From NCBI GenBank assembly GCA_012718935.1, contig JAAYBH010000002.1, positions 1 through 8,362 on the forward strand: 8,362 bases of DNA, read 5' to 3'. This DNA comes from Clostridiales bacterium. GTDB taxonomy: Bacteria; Bacillota; Clostridia; Oscillospirales; Oscillospiraceae. Of this stretch, positions 5,271 through 8,362 are shown one piece after another (position 1 is the first letter of the stretch; each line of letters opens with the position of its first letter). The notes under the pieces are model-generated. The model made no database searches. It was given only the letters and a program-made list of their open reading frames with translations, and was not told the DNA's origin. The translations under genes were made by a program, and so were the position numbers.

Positions 5271-6176
5271 GTGGATAAATCCATCGCCATACACAAGCTG
5301 GCCGCGCGGTTGGGGCTGACGAGCCGCACGCTGCGCCACTGGGAATCGGAGGGGCTATTTATTAGCGGCAGGGACCGGGATTCCGGCTGGCGGACGTATG
5401 ATGAAACCGCAGTTCTGCGCATCAAGCTAACGGCCCTGCTCAGAAAACTCGACGTTCCTATCAGCGATATTAAAACAGCGGCGGACGCAAACAGCTTTGA
5501 AAAGCTGCACAGTGTTATTCAAAACAGGCTGGCGGTACTCAAATCAGATCAACTTGACAGCGCTACCAGAGAATATCAACTGACACAGTTTATGCTGTTC
5601 CTGCGGGAGCAGCACGGCACAATAATAACAGAAGAACGTCTGTCAGAGCTGTCGGCGTTTACAGGCACACTCAATACATTTAATAATAGTAAGGAGGATG
5701 AAATGATGCCGGGTATAAAGGAAAGCGGCAAAACCTTAAAGTTCGTCACACTTCCCCCAATGCGAATGATTTACAATATTGCGGTCAGCGTTTCTCCGGA
5801 GGACGAAGCCATGAGTCCCGTGCTCAATTGGCTGGAATTGGCTCAGCTCACCGGGACAGCCAGAATGTTCGGCGGAAATATGCCGCCTTTTCCGAAGAGC
5901 GATGAAACGCCGTATGGTTATGGATTTTGCGCGTCAATTCCCGAGGGCGTTGGTGTTCCCGAACACCTGAAGGAGATGCGCCAGCCGGGAGGCGTTTATG
6001 CGGTGCTGGAAAGCACCGATGATATCGGCGCATCCTGGAAGGAGCTGATGAAGCTATTATCTAACGACGAAAAGTACAAATCGGATCGTTCAAGGCTTTG
6101 CTTTGAAGAACATGTCCGAGATGACATGAACGGCTTTCTGATCACGCTTCTGGAACCGGTTAAGGCAATAAAGTAA
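5271..6176 (+). CDS. MerR-family transcriptional regulator with C-terminal GyrI-like (effector-binding) domain
   Basis: The 301-aa ORF has a GTG start 8 nt after AGGAG. The N-terminal MerR HTH reads IHKLAARLGLTSRTLRHWESEGL and is followed by a coiled-coil linker. The C-terminal region of about 150 aa (LKFVTLPPMRM, YGYGFCASIP, GGVYAVLES, CFEEH) has the look of GyrI/BmrR-like ligand-binding domains. Confidence 0.88.
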   Translation: MDKSIAIHKLAARLGLTSRTLRHWESEGLFISGRDRDSGWRTYDETAVLRIKLTALLRKLDVPISDIKTAADANSFEKLHSVIQNRLAVLKSDQLDSATREYQLTQFMLFLREQHGTIITEERLSELSAFTGTLNTFNNSKEDEMMPGIKESGKTLKFVTLPPMRMIYNIAVSVSPEDEAMSPVLNWLELAQLTGTARMFGGNMPPFPKSDETPYGYGFCASIPEGVGVPEHLKEMRQPGGVYAVLESTDDIGASWKELMKLLSNDEKYKSDRSRLCFEEHVRDDMNGFLITLLEPVKAIK

Positions 6177-6310
6177 AAAGATGCCGTCAAACAGCCACAA
6201 TAATATCATTATCATTCTTCAGGAAATCTCATATCGTTGCACCGCCATAAGATTGAGATCCTTCGTCGCTCAGCTCCTCAGGATGACAAAACCTATAGCT
6301 CCATTAACAT

Positions 6311-6352
6311 AATCCCCTCTGCTTTCGCTGAGGGGATTGCTTTGCTTTTCTT
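6311..6352. terminator. Shared (bidirectional) terminator hairpin between the convergent MerR-family gene and rny
   Basis: AATCCCCTC (6311-6319) pairs with GAGGGGATT (6330-6338). On the + strand it is followed by GCTTTGCTTTTCTT. On the - strand the loop region reads CAGC-GAAA-GCAG, and the hairpin starts 12 nt after the rny stop codon. Confidence 0.6.
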
Positions 6353-7925
6353 ATTTCGCGTATTCGATGGCTTTTGTTTCACGGAGGAGATTGACCTTGA
6401 TCTGGCCGGGGTACTCCAGGTCGTTTTCAATCTTCCTGGCGATGTCGCGGGCCAAGAGGATCATCTGGTCTTCAGAGACCTCCTCGGGTTTGACCATGAT
6501 GCGGATCTCGCGGCCGGCCTGGATGGCGTAGGAGCTCTCGACGCCGTTAAAGGAATTCGTCAGCTCCTCCAGCTTCTCGAGGCGCTTGATGTAGCTCTCG
6601 ATGTTCTCGCGGCGGGCGCCGGGTCGGGCGGCCGAAATGGTGTCGGACGCCTGTACGATGCAGGCGATGACGGTCTTGGCTTCAACGTCGCCGTGGTGCG
6701 CGTGGATGGCGTGGATGACCTCCTCGCTCTCCTTGTACTTTCTGGCCAGCTCAACGCCGATGGTGACGTGGCTGCCCTCAACCTCATGGTCGATGGATTT
6801 GCCCAGGTCGTGCAGCAGGCCTGCCCGCTTGGCGACCATGGCGTCGACACCCAGCTCTGAGGCCAGGAGCCCTGCGACGTGGGCAACCTCGATGGAGTGG
6901 TTTAAAACGTTCTGGCCGTAGCTCGTCCTGTATTTCTGCCGGCCGAGGAGCTTGACGACCTCGGGGTGCAGCCCGTGGACGCCGGTCTCGAATGTGGCGC
7001 GCTCGCCTTCCGACTTAATGGTGGCGTCAACTTCCTTCTTCGCCTTCTCTACCATTTCCTCAATGCGGGCCGGGTGGATGCGCCCATCGATAATCAGCTT
7101 TTCAACGGCAATGCGGGCAATCTCGCGCCGGACGGGGTCAAAGCTGGATAGGGTGATGGCTTCCGGCGTGTCGTCGATGATCAGATCAACGCCGGTAAGC
7201 GTTTCAATCGCACGGATGTTGCGGCCTTCGCGGCCGATGATGCGGCCCTTCATTTCGTCATTGGGCAGGGGTACCACAGAGACGGTGGCCTCGGTTACAT
7301 GATCCGCCGCACAGCGCTGGATGGCGAGCGAGATATATTCGCGCGCCTTCTGGTCTGCTTCGTCCTTAAAGCGGGCTTCGATCTCCTTTATCTTCATGGC
7401 CGCCTCGTGGGTGACCTCAGACTCAAGATTCTTTATAAGATATGCTTTTGCTTCCTCAACAGTGTAACCGGAAATCTTTTCGAGCATCTCGAACTGGCTG
7501 CGCTTTAAAGCGGCGACCTCTTCGTAGGATTCTTCCAGCTCGGAGAGCTTCTTCTGGAGCGTTTCCGTTTTCTTCTCCAGAGTGTCGGACTTTTTATCAA
7601 GCGTTTCTTCCTTTTGCTGGAGCCGGCGCTCCTGCTTCTGGAATTCGGCGCGCCGTTCCCGGACCTCGCGCTCATATTCGCTGCGGCTTTTGTGTATCTC
7701 TTCCTTAGCCTCAAGGAGGGCTTCGCGCTTTTTGCTTTCGGCTGCTTTTATGGAATCATTGATAATCCGCTTCGCTTTCTCTTCAGCGCTTTGTATCTCG
7801 CGCTCGGACACCTTTTTCCGATAAGTGATGCCAAGAAAAAAAGCTACTATAAAAACGACGATCGCTATAACGACGTAGATAATAATTTCAATTGCTAAGG
7901 GCATGGTAAGTATACACACCTCCAT
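6351..7925 (-). CDS. rny: Ribonuclease Y
   Basis: The 524-aa ORF has an N-terminal transmembrane helix ([25 protein letters not shown]) and a long charged coiled coil. It has a KH domain ([15 protein letters not shown]) and an HD domain ([31 protein letters not shown]). The start is ambiguous: ATG 7925 has a poor RBS, while the in-frame ATG at 7904 (MPLAIEII...) lies 14 nt downstream of GGAGG. Confidence 0.95.
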   Translation of the reverse strand: MEVCILTMPLAIEIIIYVVIAIVVFIVAFFLGITYRKKVSEREIQSAEEKAKRIINDSIKAAESKKREALLEAKEEIHKSRSEYEREVRERRAEFQKQERRLQQKEETLDKKSDTLEKKTETLQKKLSELEESYEEVAALKRSQFEMLEKISGYTVEEAKAYLIKNLESEVTHEAAMKIKEIEARFKDEADQKAREYISLAIQRCAADHVTEATVSVVPLPNDEMKGRIIGREGRNIRAIETLTGVDLIIDDTPEAITLSSFDPVRREIARIAVEKLIIDGRIHPARIEEMVEKAKKEVDATIKSEGERATFETGVHGLHPEVVKLLGRQKYRTSYGQNVLNHSIEVAHVAGLLASELGVDAMVAKRAGLLHDLGKSIDHEVEGSHVTIGVELARKYKESEEVIHAIHAHHGDVEAKTVIACIVQASDTISAARPGARRENIESYIKRLEKLEELTNSFNGVESSYAIQAGREIRIMVKPEEVSEDQMILLARDIARKIENDLEYPGQIKVNLLRETKAIEYAK

Positions 7926-8027
7926 TCTCTAGTTTTTATAAACACAGGTAATAGCATTTAGACCATAATTTATTAATTTTGTGAAATCTCCCCAACATTT
8001 CACTAAAAGCATCTGATCATCTGAATT

Positions 8028-8056
8028 ATTTTACAGCCCCATGCGTGTTATGTCAA
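8028..8056 (-). promoter_or_regulatory. Sigma-A-type promoter for rny
   Basis: On the minus strand, TTGACA (8051-8056) is followed by a 17-nt spacer and TAAAAT (8028-8033). This implies a leader of about 95-115 nt. Confidence 0.6.
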
Positions 8057-8139
8057 GTTTAATTGTTTAAAGTGATATCAAAACGGAAGTACGTGGCGCC
8101 TTCCACAAAAAGCAGACTTGAAACAAAAGCTTCAATTTA

Positions 8140-8198
8140 AAGAAACCGGAAGCGAAGGCTTCCGCGAAAGAAACCGGAAGCCTTCGCTTCCGGTTTCT

Positions 8199-8199
<1 letters not shown>
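8140..8199 (-). terminator. Perfect 25-bp hairpin directly after tRNA-Arg; its terminator
   Basis: AAGAAACCGGAAGCGAAGGCTTCCG (8140-8164) is the exact reverse complement of 8175-8199, with a 10-nt loop. On the minus strand the stem ends in GGTTTCTT and is followed by TAAATT. Position 8199 is also the terminal A of the tRNA CCA. Confidence 0.6.
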
Positions 8200-8275
<76 letters not shown>

Positions 8276-8314
8276 AGATATTGGGGGTTACCGCGCTTGC
8301 GAGGCATGGAGATC

Positions 8315-8343
8315 ATTTTAGCGCATTGACCCCCTTGTGTCAA
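8315..8343 (-). promoter_or_regulatory. Sigma-A-type promoter for tRNA-Arg
   Basis: On the minus strand, TTGACA (8338-8343) is followed by a 17-nt spacer and TAAAAT (8315-8320), about 40 nt upstream of tRNA position 1. Confidence 0.65.
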
Positions 8344-8362
8344 TAAAAATCAATCCGCAGCG

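Noticed and set aside
6237-6860. A 207-aa ORF on the + strand overlapping the 3' end of rny, with others at 6601-7824
   Set aside because: These are antisense or alternative frames of the RNase Y gene. The low-complexity D/L/A/G or S/R-rich translations are a shadow effect of the charged coiled-coil coding region.
8283-8295. GGGGGTTACCGCG, which resembles the T-box consensus GGGTGGTACCGCG
   Set aside because: It lacks the UGGN bulge sequence needed to pair with the tRNA NCCA end. A Stem I or specifier region would have to overlap the tRNA-Arg gene on the other strand. It lies in the tRNA leader and promoter region in the opposite orientation. This is most likely a chance match.

Overview
This 8.4-kb window looks like a chromosomal segment from a moderately GC-rich Firmicute. 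A Clostridia-type gut anaerobe is my inference, based on RNase Y, strong GGAGG-type ribosome-binding sites, near-consensus TTGACA/TAnAAT promoters and a tRNA with an encoded CCA. All protein calls rest on motifs I recognise by eye, because no search was possible. I support seven coding regions. They are a 5'-truncated hypothetical gene (1-191, -), a cadC-cadA metal-efflux operon (ArsR/SmtB repressor 2429-2797 and P1B-2 Zn/Cd/Pb ATPase 307-2415, both -), and a YaiI/YqxD (DUF188) protein (3528-3962, -). The others are a URO-D/MtaA-like zinc methyltransferase (4086-5099, +), a MerR regulator with a GyrI-like effector domain (5271-6176, +) and RNase Y (6351-7925, -). A tRNA-Arg(CCU) gene with its own promoter and terminator lies at 8199-8275 (-). 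The part these genes do not explain is the 730-bp gap between cadC and the DUF188 gene. It has no credible ORF. On the + strand it carries hairpins capped by GNRA tetraloops (two GCGA, three GAAA), a recurring ATGGCRACAT module and a 12-bp long-range complementarity. It also holds a 3x tandem array of a 27-nt hairpin and an intrinsic terminator, followed by an inverted pair of GTAG-palindrome (REP-like) elements that differ by a compensatory base-pair flip. I read this as a candidate free-standing large structured RNA bordered by REP/REPIN-like repeats. It may be linked to the metal operon through a second CadC-type operator copy that sits where a divergent promoter would lie. All of this is unverified without expression data and comparative analysis.
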